Source of the DNA: Thermofilum pendens Hrk 5
Lineage (GTDB): Archaea; Thermoproteota; Thermoprotei; Thermofilales; Thermofilaceae
Reading direction: 5' to 3'
NCBI RefSeq assembly: GCF_000015225.1
Contig: NC_008698.1
Location: 1-32,000 of the forward strand
Length of the DNA: 32,000 nucleotides
Below the pieces are notes generated by a model. It did no database searches. It was not told the origin of the DNA and saw only the letters and a program-made list of their open reading frames with translations. Made by a program: the position numbers and the translations under genes. Every line of letters starts with the position of its first letter. Position 1 is the stretch's first letter. Shown here in pieces: positions 1 through 9,258 of the stretch.

Positions 1-29
1 ATAAATTCCCGGGGTGAGAGTATAGAGGG

Positions 30-881
30 ATGGCGAGGAGTAAGCTTGACTACCTTTTCGCGGCGGTATCAGTCTTGCTACTTGTCTCCCCGCTGATCGC
101 CTACCTGACTGGTAACTGGGTCGGCTTCTGGCGGCTTGCCACGAACCTGGGCGACGAACCCGCCTACGTGGCTCTAGCCGTTGTGCTGTACTTCCTCGTC
201 GACCAGGGCTTGGGGTTCTCGGTTTTACTAGCGCTCTCCACGACTGCTTGGTTGAACGTCGTAGTGAAGAATACCCTTCGGCTCCCCCGCCCCCCGAGGG
301 AGCTGTGGCTTGCGAACGCAGAGGGGTACGGTTTTCCGAGTGGGCACTCGCAGACATCCACCACTTTTTGGTCCAGCCTCTCGCTTAAAACGCGGAGGCT
401 CGGAGTAGTGGTTCTGGGTGTAGCGGTCGTAGCGATAGTCGGTGCCTCCAGGATAATGCTGAACGTGCACTATCCCTGGGACGTTGCCGGCGGCATTGCG
501 CTGGGACTCGCTGTGTCTTACGCCTCGTACTACCTCTTCGACAGGCTACCGGGGAAGGCTTCTCTATCCTCCGCTGTTCTGGCGGTTTACGGGCTCGCGG
601 TGGGGGGCCTCTACCTGGTAGTCGCGGACGCGACGATCGCTAGGATAGGGGGGCTGATAGTAGGCCTCTCCGTATACCCGCTGGTAAGCGAGAAGGTGAG
701 CCTAGCCGGCAAGCCTCTCGCGTGGAGGGCGGTGCTCGCTGCGGTAGCCCTCGTGGTCGCCATGCTTCTAACGACGGTTGCTAAGGCGCAACCAGTCCCG
801 GTACAGTTCATCGCCTACCTGGCTACGGGGGCTACAGTTGTAAGTCTACCGCTTCTACTGAAAAGAGCAGAAAAAGCTTAG
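30..881 (+). CDS. PAP2-family membrane phosphatase (lipid phosphate / polyprenyl-diphosphate phosphatase-like)
   Basis: 283-aa polytopic ORF with the three PAP2 motifs in order: KNTLRLPRP (KX6RP), FPSGHS (PSGH), SRIMLNVHYPWD (SRX5HX3D). TATA-like ATAAATT at 1-7, about 26 nt upstream of the ATG. Confidence 0.85.
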   Translation: MARSKLDYLFAAVSVLLLVSPLIAYLTGNWVGFWRLATNLGDEPAYVALAVVLYFLVDQGLGFSVLLALSTTAWLNVVVKNTLRLPRPPRELWLANAEGYGFPSGHSQTSTTFWSSLSLKTRRLGVVVLGVAVVAIVGASRIMLNVHYPWDVAGGIALGLAVSYASYYLFDRLPGKASLSSAVLAVYGLAVGGLYLVVADATIARIGGLIVGLSVYPLVSEKVSLAGKPLAWRAVLAAVALVVAMLLTTVAKAQPVPVQFIAYLATGATVVSLPLLLKRAEKA

Positions 882-886
882 AGACC

Positions 887-1984
887 CTATATATTCACGA
901 ACCTTTTTAGGGTTTCCTGGTCCAGCCGCTTCACGAGTTCCAGCACTAGTCGAACGGCGTTCTCCACGTCGCTCAGACTCACGATGCTGACGTGGCTGTG
1001 TATATGCCTAGTGGGCACGCCTATCACAATGCTGGGCCTTCCTCCCTTGTAAAGGTGAAGCCTGCCGGCATCCGTGCCGCCACTCACAGCCGATAGCTGG
1101 TAGGGGATCTTTGCCTCCTCGGCGACCTCTATGACGAACTCCTTGAAGCGAGGATTAGGTATCATCGACCTGTCGTACACGATTATGGACGGTCCCTTCC
1201 CGAGTTTAGCCGGAGCCTCGCTAGGCTTTATCCCCGGCACATCGCCGGCTATGTCTACCTCCGTAACTATGGCTACGTCGTGGTCTGCCACCCATCCAAC
1301 AGTCTCGGCGCCCCTAAGCCCAACCTCCTCCTGCACAGTTGCAGCCGCGTAGAGCGTGTTCGGGTGGTCAATACCGTTAAGCCTGAGGTGCTTGAGGACC
1401 TCCATCGCTATGAAAGCCCCCACTCTGTCGTCCAAAGCTTTCGCCATGATTCTGTCCTCGAACGCGGTCCTCGTGAAGGGAGACCACGGCGCCACCGGGT
1501 CCCCTATTCTTACACCTAGCTTTTCTACTTCCTCCTTGCTCGTAGCGCCGACGTCGATGTACATCTGGCTGAACTGGACGACCTTCTGCCTCTCCTCCGG
1601 TGTCAACAGGTGCGGAGGCTTGCTCGTAATGACGCCGTAGACCTCCCCCTTCTTCGTCCTTATGACGACCCGCTGAGCCAGGAGAACCTGCTCAAACCAG
1701 CCTCCCAGCGTGGTGAACGTGATGAAACCTTCGGGGGTTATCCCCGTTACGAGGAAGCCCACTTCGTCCACGTGACCAGCGACAAGAACCTTGGGCCTCT
1801 CGCTCGAACCCCTCTTGACGAGGATCAGCGAGCCAAGGTTATCGCGTCTCACCTCGTCTGCGTACTCCGAGTAGTACTGCTTTATCCTCTCGAGGACGGG
1901 CTCCTCGAAGCCGGAAGGCGCCACTATCTCCGTTATCTCTTTTAAAACGTTCAGGGATTTTTCATCTAATTTGTACGCTGACAC
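887..1984 (-). CDS. M42-family metallo-aminopeptidase (TET / FrvX-like)
   Basis: 365 aa with M42 metal-ligand blocks AGHVDEVGF, KALDDRVG, QEEVGLRGA, GGTDAG and PTRHIHSH. GTG start at 1984. Confidence 0.85.
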   Translation of the reverse strand: MSAYKLDEKSLNVLKEITEIVAPSGFEEPVLERIKQYYSEYADEVRRDNLGSLILVKRGSSERPKVLVAGHVDEVGFLVTGITPEGFITFTTLGGWFEQVLLAQRVVIRTKKGEVYGVITSKPPHLLTPEERQKVVQFSQMYIDVGATSKEEVEKLGVRIGDPVAPWSPFTRTAFEDRIMAKALDDRVGAFIAMEVLKHLRLNGIDHPNTLYAAATVQEEVGLRGAETVGWVADHDVAIVTEVDIAGDVPGIKPSEAPAKLGKGPSIIVYDRSMIPNPRFKEFVIEVAEEAKIPYQLSAVSGGTDAGRLHLYKGGRPSIVIGVPTRHIHSHVSIVSLSDVENAVRLVLELVKRLDQETLKRFVNI

Positions 1985-2005
1985 AGCGTGCTACTACACG
2001 TGGGA

Positions 2006-2015
2006 GTTTAAATTT
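2006..2015 (-). promoter_or_regulatory. TATA-box-like element for the M42 peptidase gene
   Basis: GTTTAAATTT centred about 26 nt upstream of the GTG start at 1984, consistent with a leaderless archaeal promoter. Confidence 0.4.
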
Positions 2016-2094
2016 CTTCCGCGCAGGAGAGAACCATAGTAAGCCCCTTAAAAAAGGCCATGCCAGGTAGAGGTTAGCGGCAAGGAGAAAACGA

Positions 2095-2108
2095 AAAATA
2101 TATATTTT
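2095..2108 (+). promoter_or_regulatory. TATA-box-like element for the hydrolase-MFS operon
   Basis: AAAATATATATTTT, a perfect 14-nt A/T palindrome about 30-35 nt upstream of ATG 2136. Confidence 0.4.
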
Positions 2109-2135
2109 GCTGGAAATACTTATTTAGGACCAACG

Positions 2136-3023
2136 ATGTTAACACTGCTGTTAACCACAGTAGTAGCTGTTGTCGTCCTCTTACTGGTAGCTGTAGCGTT
2201 TTCGGCTTCGCGAAAACTAGCGAGCCCTCCGAGAAAGGTGGGGCAGTGGTCTCCGGGCGACATGGGCTATACCTACGAGAAGCTCGAAGTAAAGACGAGC
2301 GACGGCTTGACGCTTAGGGGGTGGCTTATCCCTAGGGGGTCTGACAGGACAGTTCTCGTCGTCCACGGCTATACGTCTTCGAAGTGGGACGAGTGGTACA
2401 TAAAGCCCGTTATAGACATCCTAGCTCGTAACAACTTCAACGTCGTAGCCTTCGATATGCGCGCCCACGGCGAGAGCGATGGGAGGTACACTACGCTGGG
2501 GTTACGCGAGGTGGAAGACATAAGCAAGATAATCGACTTACTAGAGGAAAAGGGGCTGGCGTCCAGGCTCGGCATGATCGGCTACTCGATGGGCGGCGCG
2601 ATAACCCTAATGACCGCTGCGCGCGAAGACAGGGTGAAGGCCGCGGTGGCGGATAGCCCGTACATCGACATCAGAGCCTCGGGCAAAAGGTGGGTGAAAA
2701 GGGTTGGCGCGCCCCTAAGGTACCTGCTCCTAGCTTCGTACCCGCTGATAATCTACTTCACGAGTAAAACTACCCGGACCGACCCCAGTAAGCTCGTCAT
2801 GTTCAACTATGCCTCGTTGATCCGCAAGCCGCTACTCATAATCGCCGGGAGAAACGACGACCTCGTGGCACTAGAGGAGATAGAGACGTTCTTCAACGAG
2901 AACAAGAAGGTAAACCCGAACACCGAGCTATGGGTAACGGATTCGAAGCACGTCTCCGCGATACAGGATTACCCGAAGGAGTACGAGAAAAGAGTCGTGG
3001 AGTTCTTCGAGAGGTGGCTGTAA
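2136..3023 (+). CDS. membrane-anchored alpha/beta-fold hydrolase (serine hydrolase)
   Basis: N-terminal hydrophobic anchor, oxyanion-region HGYTSS, nucleophile elbow GYSMGG, downstream acidic (GRNDDLV) and His (DSKHVS) candidates. Confidence 0.8.
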   Translation: MLTLLLTTVVAVVVLLLVAVAFSASRKLASPPRKVGQWSPGDMGYTYEKLEVKTSDGLTLRGWLIPRGSDRTVLVVHGYTSSKWDEWYIKPVIDILARNNFNVVAFDMRAHGESDGRYTTLGLREVEDISKIIDLLEEKGLASRLGMIGYSMGGAITLMTAAREDRVKAAVADSPYIDIRASGKRWVKRVGAPLRYLLLASYPLIIYFTSKTTRTDPSKLVMFNYASLIRKPLLIIAGRNDDLVALEEIETFFNENKKVNPNTELWVTDSKHVSAIQDYPKEYEKRVVEFFERWL

Positions 3024-3024
3024 G

Positions 3025-4311
3025 ATGCCGGAGGGAAGACCCAGGGTTAAAGTCATAGTAGCCTCCCTAGCGCTCTTCGTGCTCTTCTACTTCATGGGGT
3101 ACTACATGCTTAACCCGATACTGCGAACGTTGCACGCAGAGGGGCTCATTCCCGGGAAAAGCGAGGTCGAGTGGCGCTTCAACGCCGGGCTTATAGCCAC
3201 GCTACTTCAAGGAACGGGCCTCGTCCTCTCGTTCGTGTGGGGAGTGCTCGCCGACAAGGTTGGTAGGCGCCCAGTGATTTTCACGCTTGGAGTAATAATG
3301 GGGTTAGGGCTACTCCTGGTGTCGCAGGCTAGGAGCTACGCCGAGCTACTCGCCTACTTCATCGCGTTCGGCGTGGGATACGTGGGCGTGGGACCAGCGA
3401 TATACGCCTTTATCTCCGACGCCCTGCCCAGCGAGAGCAGGGGGAGAGGTTACGCGTCCTACTACGTCTCAAGCGTGCTCGCCATGATCCTAGGGCTGAT
3501 AGTCGCCGGCGTACTCCTGCCGTGGCGCACAGCCTACATGCTTGCAGGACTACTCACACTGGTGTTCTCCGTCCTCCTGTTCTACTCTTCGAGGGGCATA
3601 TTCATAGGGTACTCGGAGAAAGGCGCTAGAGAGGCTAGGAGGTACTCGCTCAGAGAATCCCTGCCGAGCCTGAGGAAGAAAAGCGTTCTGCTCGTACTCC
3701 TAATGATCATACCCTGGACCATCCCTTGGGGTATGCTGAGCATATGGTCCATAGACTACATTAGCACGAAGTGGGGCGTCTCGACTGGTACAGCGTCGCT
3801 GATAATAGCGGCGGCGACTGCTTCGATAGCTCTTGGACACATAGTGGGCGGCACCCTGAGCGATAGGCTCGCCGGCAAGGGGGACTACACCGGGAGAACA
3901 AAGGTGTCGCTACTGGGAGTAGTAGTCGGGTACGTGTCGATGATGCTCATGGTAACATACCCCTACCCCTACGGCAGTACGAACTTTAAAGACCTCCTTG
4001 TACCCTCAGCGCTAGCAGTTGGCGGAATGATGTTCACCACGTTTGCGTACCCGAATATAAACACCGTTCTAAGCGAGGTGGTAGTCCCGGAGCATAGAGG
4101 CACGGTGTTCGCTGTTTACAGCGTTCTAAACAACCTGGGCTGGACCCTGGGCCCAACGGTCTACACTCTTCTCCTCAAGGCATTCAGCGGCGTCTACGCA
4201 GACCAAGTATCGGCGATGACCGCGGCAGCGTCGACGATAGTCTCCCTGTGGCTCATACCTGCACTTTGCTGGCTACTGCTCCACAGGGTCTACCCGAAGG
4301 AGAAGATATAG
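3025..4311 (+). CDS. MFS transporter
   Basis: 428 aa, about 12 hydrophobic segments, MFS motif A GVLADKVGRRPV. Starts 1 nt after the hydrolase stop, so probably operonic. Confidence 0.75.
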   Translation: MPEGRPRVKVIVASLALFVLFYFMGYYMLNPILRTLHAEGLIPGKSEVEWRFNAGLIATLLQGTGLVLSFVWGVLADKVGRRPVIFTLGVIMGLGLLLVSQARSYAELLAYFIAFGVGYVGVGPAIYAFISDALPSESRGRGYASYYVSSVLAMILGLIVAGVLLPWRTAYMLAGLLTLVFSVLLFYSSRGIFIGYSEKGAREARRYSLRESLPSLRKKSVLLVLLMIIPWTIPWGMLSIWSIDYISTKWGVSTGTASLIIAAATASIALGHIVGGTLSDRLAGKGDYTGRTKVSLLGVVVGYVSMMLMVTYPYPYGSTNFKDLLVPSALAVGGMMFTTFAYPNINTVLSEVVVPEHRGTVFAVYSVLNNLGWTLGPTVYTLLLKAFSGVYADQVSAMTAAASTIVSLWLIPALCWLLLHRVYPKEKI

Positions 4312-4313
4312 CC

Positions 4314-5123
4314 TTAAATACCCTTCTTTTTCCTAAGCTCGATTATGTACTCCGCGATCTTCGAGGGAGAATAAGCCTTTAAGCCGAGCATCTTCGACAG
4401 CCTTTGAAGCTGCGTCGGGATGAAGCCCTTCTCCTCAAGGAACTCCGTGTCCAGAAGGACCTCCTCCGTCGCGCCGTCCCTAATCAGCCTACCCTTCTCA
4501 AATACGAGAACCCTCGTCGAGAACATGCCCAGCAGGTCCAAGTCGTGCGTTATCACAACGACTGTTTTCCCGCCCTTGTAAAGCTTCTCGAGAACCCTGA
4601 ATAGCTGAAGGCACCTCGCGTAGTCGAGCCCGGTTGTCGGCTCGTCTAGGATCAGGACGTCGGGCTCCGTCACGAGCACGCTGGCTATTGCGAGTCTGTG
4701 TTTTTCCCCGAAGCTCAGCATGTGCGGGGAGGCGTCGAGAGGCTTCGACAAGTCGACGCTTTCAAGCGCTCGTAGCACCATGTCTTTAACCTTGCTCTCC
4801 GGGTAGCCCATGTTCCTCAGCGCGAATCCTACCTCGTCGAGTATCGTGGGAGAGAATATCATGAGATCCGGGTTCTGGTACACGTAGCCGACCTTCCTAG
4901 CTAGCTCGGAGACGGGGGTCGTCCTCGTATCCTTCCCGTCGACGAGCACCCTGCCGCTACGCGGCTTGAGGAGCCCCACGGCCAGCTTGGCGAACGTGGT
5001 CTTCCCGGCGCCGCTGTGCCCTATAACGCCAACGAACTCTCCTCGCTTAATCTCTACGTTGAGGTCCCTCATCTCGAAGAGCCCTTCCCCGTAGCTGAAC
5101 CTAACGTTCTCGAACCTGATCAT
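4314..5123 (-). CDS. ecfA: ECF-transporter ATPase component (CbiO/EcfA type)
   Basis: Walker A GHSGAGKTT, signature-like LSFGEKHRL, Walker B LILDEPTTGLD, H-loop ITHD. ATGA overlap with the upstream ATPase gene. Confidence 0.85.
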   Translation of the reverse strand: MIRFENVRFSYGEGLFEMRDLNVEIKRGEFVGVIGHSGAGKTTFAKLAVGLLKPRSGRVLVDGKDTRTTPVSELARKVGYVYQNPDLMIFSPTILDEVGFALRNMGYPESKVKDMVLRALESVDLSKPLDASPHMLSFGEKHRLAIASVLVTEPDVLILDEPTTGLDYARCLQLFRVLEKLYKGGKTVVVITHDLDLLGMFSTRVLVFEKGRLIRDGATEEVLLDTEFLEEKGFIPTQLQRLSKMLGLKAYSPSKIAEYIIELRKKKGI

Positions 5124-5959
5124 CCCCTCTCACCCAGGAGAACCCAGCTGTCAGACATCTTCACCGGTATAGGCACGTTCACGCCCCTCTTCCTAAGCTC
5201 ATAGGCTACCTCGGCGACACCCGGAGGCCTCACGCCGTACCTTTGGATGTCCTCTACCCTCGAGAACACCTCCTCGGGTTTCCCCTCCAGGAGGATGGTA
5301 CCCCTCCCCATCACTACCACTCTGTCGGCTACCTCGGCAGCCCACTCAACGCGGTGTTCCGCGACTATGACCGTCAAGCCCTCCTTCTTCAGCTCGGCTA
5401 TGGCGTCGAGAACGAGCCTCGTCCCCCTGTGATCCAACATGGACGTAGGCTCGTCGAGTAACAGCACCTTGGGCTTCGATGTAAGCACGCTGGCTATAGC
5501 TACCAGCTGTTTCTCGCCGCCCGAGAGCGTCTGGGGATCCCTCCCGAGGAAGTCGTGAAGGTTCAGCATGTCGACAACCCAGTCTATCCTGGCGCGTATC
5601 TCTTCGCGCGGCAAGCCGAGGTTCTCCGGGCCCATCGCGAGCTCCTCGAGGACAGACCTCGTTACAACCTGCATCTCCGGGTTCTGGTATACAAGCCCCA
5701 CCACGCCGGCGAGCCCCTTGTAGCCGCTCGAAACAACGTCTATACCCTCGACTACCGCCTGGCCCTCCACAGTGCCCGGGAGGAGGGAGGGTATAAGGCC
5801 CGCCAGCACCCTGAAAAGGGTTGTTTTACCGCAACCGCTGGGACCCATTATGATAACCAGCTCTCCTCTATTTGCTTCGAAGTCGACAGCTCTCAGAGTC
5901 CAGTCCTTCGATCCGAGGTACTTTACGTTCAGGTTTCTCACAGTAACTGAAGTCCCCAT
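5120..5959 (-). CDS. ecfA: ECF-transporter ATPase component (CbiO/EcfA type)
   Basis: Walker A GPSGCGKTT, LSGGEKQ, Walker B LLLDEPTS, H-loop AEHR. The ORF extends to 6097, but I place the start at the internal ATG 5959 (MGTSVTVRNLNV...) because the extension lies entirely inside the ecfT gene. Confidence 0.85.
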   Translation of the reverse strand: MGTSVTVRNLNVKYLGSKDWTLRAVDFEANRGELVIIMGPSGCGKTTLFRVLAGLIPSLLPGTVEGQAVVEGIDVVSSGYKGLAGVVGLVYQNPEMQVVTRSVLEELAMGPENLGLPREEIRARIDWVVDMLNLHDFLGRDPQTLSGGEKQLVAIASVLTSKPKVLLLDEPTSMLDHRGTRLVLDAIAELKKEGLTVIVAEHRVEWAAEVADRVVVMGRGTILLEGKPEEVFSRVEDIQRYGVRPPGVAEVAYELRKRGVNVPIPVKMSDSWVLLGERG

Positions 5960-6714
5960 GCTATTATCACCCCGTAAAACACCAGTGAAAGAAGCGCGAA
6001 CACAGTGTCCCTGGAGCTCCACCTCGGCTCCAGGAGGTAAGTCCTCCTCTTCGAGTACCCTACGTACCTGGATGCTAGGACCAGGCTTAGATCCCACACG
6101 TCGCTTAGAAGCCTGGAGATAACCGGTACTATAATGGGGATGTAGTTTCTAAGTCTGTCAAGCACGCTCCCCCTGTCGAGCGCGAGGCCTCTCAACTTCT
6201 GTATATCTATGACGTCCCGGGTAGCCTTAACCATGGTGGGCAACAGGCTCACAGCTATCACGAACGCCGTGGAAACCTTGGAGGGCATACCCATTTTTTC
6301 CAGCGTCCACGCGACGTGGTAAGGCTTCGTGGTAACGAAGAACGTTATAAAAGCGAATACAGGGCTCATTATGAGGAAGAACTTCCCGCTCGCTACAAGC
6401 AACCCTACGTCCGTGATCCTCAGGAATCCTAGCACGAACACAGGGCTTCCGTGGCCGCTGTACATCCCCGCCCATACGAGCGTCGTTATAAGTAGGAACA
6501 CCAGGGAGTTGAATATCAGTACGGCCGCCAGCCCCGCGCCTATTCCGGAGAGGGTCAGCGCGGCTATAGCGGAGACGAACACGGGGAAGCTTTTCAACCC
6601 GTTGAACTGCGTCGCTATGGAGGCGGCGAGCACGAGGGTGGCCCAGAGGAGCTTCACTCTCGGATCCAGCGAGTGAAAGAACGACTTCCTCTCGACGTAG
6701 AGCCCGCTCAGCAT
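5938..6714 (-). CDS. ecfT: ECF-transporter transmembrane (T) component, CbiQ/EcfT-like
   Basis: 258-aa polytopic protein between an S-like membrane gene and two EcfA-type ATPase genes. Cytoplasmic-helix Arg-Gly region (KLRGLALDRG). Short overlap with the ATPase start. Confidence 0.75.
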   Translation of the reverse strand: MLSGLYVERKSFFHSLDPRVKLLWATLVLAASIATQFNGLKSFPVFVSAIAALTLSGIGAGLAAVLIFNSLVFLLITTLVWAGMYSGHGSPVFVLGFLRITDVGLLVASGKFFLIMSPVFAFITFFVTTKPYHVAWTLEKMGMPSKVSTAFVIAVSLLPTMVKATRDVIDIQKLRGLALDRGSVLDRLRNYIPIIVPVISRLLSDVWDLSLVLASRYVGYSKRRTYLLEPRWSSRDTVFALLSLVFYGVIIAWGLQLL

Positions 6715-6755
6715 CGCTTGTCAGAAGAAAAGAAAAAAGTAAAGGTTTATTATGT

Positions 6756-7631
6756 TTACGCCGTGGATTTCTGCGGCATTACTCTGTCCTTCCAGTAGAG
6801 ACCCCTGGACTTTACTAGCGGGAAGAGTATCACGCCGAGGATTGGCGAGAGGACGGCGTTAACGGTGATGTTGTTTATGAGTATCGAGGTCGCTATAACC
6901 GCCCATATCACGAATACAGGTAGCCCTACGACGCTCTGCATCACGTCGAGCCACCAGCATATGTAGATGGCACTCACGAAGGCTTGGACTATGACGCCCC
7001 ATATGTAGAACTCTCCTATCGAGGACGCGCTACCAAAGCTGTGATCCCTGACGAACTTGAAGGGTATGTAGGCTATCAGGAAGTTCCCTATAAAGCCTCC
7101 GAAAGAGCCTACCCCGAAGTACCCTGAAAGTATGTCTGCCAGTAGGTTGCCTATCGCTGCTCCGAGGCACCCGGGTATGCCGAAGAACATTCCGAAGAGC
7201 GGAGCGAGAGCGTTGCCAGGGCGCAACCACGTGAAGCCGGGTACTATGGTTATGGGGGCTGTAGCCGCGAGTAGCCCTCCATAGACGGCGGCGCTTAGGG
7301 CTACGAGGGCCACGTCTATAACGCTCCAGTCTCCTACCCCCATCCTGTTCTTAGCGAGGCCGGACTTAGTAATTGTGTAGCCGGCGAGCTCCGCGAAGAA
7401 TACTATGGTTCCCAGAATCCAGATCACACCACCTACTATGAGCAGAGTATCACGTGCCTTCATGAAAGCAACAGATACAGGGAAGAGCTCCCAAACCTTG
7501 TTGGGCGCCTCTTTAGGTCCAAACATCTGGAGTGCCGTTTGGTATGCCTGCCAGAAGGAGTAAACGATTGCCGCGACAATCGCTAGCCCTATGATTATTG
7601 CTAGGTAGTAGATTGTTTTTGCTTTGTTCAC
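6756..7631 (-). CDS. putative substrate-specific (S) component of the ECF transporter, unusually long
   Basis: 291-aa polytopic protein, first gene of the S-T-A-A array. The Gly-rich block RPGNALAPLFGMFFGIPGCLGAAIGNLLADIL resembles S-component cores. TATA-like AAAGTATATTA about 25 nt upstream. Confidence 0.5.
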   Translation of the reverse strand: MNKAKTIYYLAIIIGLAIVAAIVYSFWQAYQTALQMFGPKEAPNKVWELFPVSVAFMKARDTLLIVGGVIWILGTIVFFAELAGYTITKSGLAKNRMGVGDWSVIDVALVALSAAVYGGLLAATAPITIVPGFTWLRPGNALAPLFGMFFGIPGCLGAAIGNLLADILSGYFGVGSFGGFIGNFLIAYIPFKFVRDHSFGSASSIGEFYIWGVIVQAFVSAIYICWWLDVMQSVVGLPVFVIWAVIATSILINNITVNAVLSPILGVILFPLVKSRGLYWKDRVMPQKSTA

Positions 7632-7763
7632 AAGGATTTAATTATGAGGAAAAGTATATTAGCTTTTCTTTGAAGAAAAAGGAATGTTTATATTTCCTAT
7701 GCATACGCCTGCAACTATTTAACTGTTCAGCGGAGCCTGCACCCACGTTGTTTTCGGCGAAAC

Positions 7764-9167
7764 CTACGCAAGCTTTTCGACGGACACTATCTCCAGAGCG
7801 AAGTCCCACTCGTCGTAGTACAGGTTCCTTGACGGTGTCTCCACCTCTCCGCGCTGGCTGTCCACGGGGTCTGAGCGTATGTAGCGTTTAGGCGGGTCGA
7901 ACTCTGCGTACACCTCTATGTTCGAGGCTAGGCGGTACCCCTCGGTTGACCCCAGGTAGAAGGTGTTGCGCCACTCGCCGCCCTTCCTCTTGTTCCCGAA
8001 GCTTGGATCCGCGTACAGCCAGCCGTAGGGCTCGAGGTAGAATTGCGCCCAGTCGTGCATGCCGGGCGATAACGGGTGCATGTACCAGCCTGACTCCCAC
8101 CTGGCGGGTACCCCGGCGATACGGCACATCGTTATGAAGAGCAGGGCCTGCATGCCGCAGTCGCCCCTCTTCTCGCGGAAAACGTACTCCGGTATGTTGT
8201 CGTAGAATATGTAGTCCTTGGCGTAGGTGTACCTGACGTTCTCGGTTATCCAGCCCCATATCCGCTGAACCTTCTCGTAGGGGGACGCGGCGCCCCTAGT
8301 CAACCGGTCCACGAACTCCCTGAGCTCGCCGGTGAACGCTATGTGCGGCGGCCTCTCGGACAGGTACCTTCTAGCGACCTCGGAGTCCGGGTCGACGCTC
8401 GCCTCCCTGGGGTCTACCTCTACGTGGAAGCCCCTAGAGGTGAACTCGTATTCCACCCACACCTCTCTAGTGTCCCCGTAAAGCTCGAAGTAAGCTGTCC
8501 TCTGAGGGTGATCCGGGGGCGCTACGTGTACAGGCTTCACGCTGTAGTCGAGAAGCCTGAACTCCGAGTGAATACCCTCGACCCTCGGTAGCGGGATCCA
8601 GACCCTCACGGGCTCTCCGAGCTCCCTCGGGCTCCTCTTCAGGCTCACCCTTGCCCTTACGCGGTACCTTAAAGGTAGGACGTAGCCCCCGCCCTTCTCG
8701 CGTGCGGCGCTGAGAACCCTCTCGGCTCTCCACTTCAACGTCAGCTCGTTCAGGTCGCTCCGCTCGTCGCCCAGGCTTTTCCTACGGCTTGAGAGGTCCC
8801 CGCAGAGCCAGAAAGCGTTCGGCTCGAAGCGTCTGTGCACTCTTACCTCCCCCTCTATAACCGCGTGGTCCACGCACCCCCTGGATATCAGCGAGGCGAA
8901 CTCCTCCAGCGTGAGATCCTCTACGCGCTTCCTGAGCTGCCTGAATGCCTCCTCGACGGTGTAGGGGTACTCGTAGCCCATCCTTCTAATCCTTTCAAGC
9001 TCGAATTCGAAGCGCTTTGCCAACGGTTGCGGAGACGTCTCTGCAAGCCTCCTCAACTCCCCCTCCGCCTTCCTCAACTCCCCTCTCCTCAAAAGCTCCG
9101 AGACCTCAGCCGGCAACGGGTGCTTCAAGTACTCCAGCGTGTTCGTGTAGCAGGATCCCCCGCTCAC
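7764..9167 (-). CDS. transglutaminase-like cysteine protease-fold protein
   Basis: 467 aa. Transglutaminase-core triad context RGDCGMQALLF (Cys), GMHDWAQFY (His), WLYADPS (Asp). The N-terminal 330 aa or so is unassigned. Confidence 0.8.
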   Translation of the reverse strand: MSGGSCYTNTLEYLKHPLPAEVSELLRRGELRKAEGELRRLAETSPQPLAKRFEFELERIRRMGYEYPYTVEEAFRQLRKRVEDLTLEEFASLISRGCVDHAVIEGEVRVHRRFEPNAFWLCGDLSSRRKSLGDERSDLNELTLKWRAERVLSAAREKGGGYVLPLRYRVRARVSLKRSPRELGEPVRVWIPLPRVEGIHSEFRLLDYSVKPVHVAPPDHPQRTAYFELYGDTREVWVEYEFTSRGFHVEVDPREASVDPDSEVARRYLSERPPHIAFTGELREFVDRLTRGAASPYEKVQRIWGWITENVRYTYAKDYIFYDNIPEYVFREKRGDCGMQALLFITMCRIAGVPARWESGWYMHPLSPGMHDWAQFYLEPYGWLYADPSFGNKRKGGEWRNTFYLGSTEGYRLASNIEVYAEFDPPKRYIRSDPVDSQRGEVETPSRNLYYDEWDFALEIVSVEKLA

Positions 9168-9258
9168 ACAAAGCTAGCTACGCGCGAAGCCTTAAAGCCA
9201 TCGCTAGGCCTCAGGCGTTACCCTTATTAGCATGCAGAGAGCTTAGTCTATAACTCGG

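Noticed and set aside
1131-1945. Four plus-strand ORFs (73-111 aa) inside the M42 peptidase gene
   Set aside because: They lie entirely antisense to a motif-rich 365-aa gene. Their translations are low-complexity Ser/Pro/Arg-rich shadow frames typical of GC-rich DNA.
5960-6097. 46-codon N-terminal extension of the first ECF ATPase ORF
   Set aside because: It lies wholly within the ecfT coding region. The ABC domain begins right after the internal ATG 5959, which gives a normal short overlap.
7888-8733. ORFs 7888..8259, 7946..8137, 8343..8591 and 8467..8733, on both strands, inside the transglutaminase-like gene
   Set aside because: These are Arg/Pro/Gly-rich alternative frames of a well-supported 467-aa gene.
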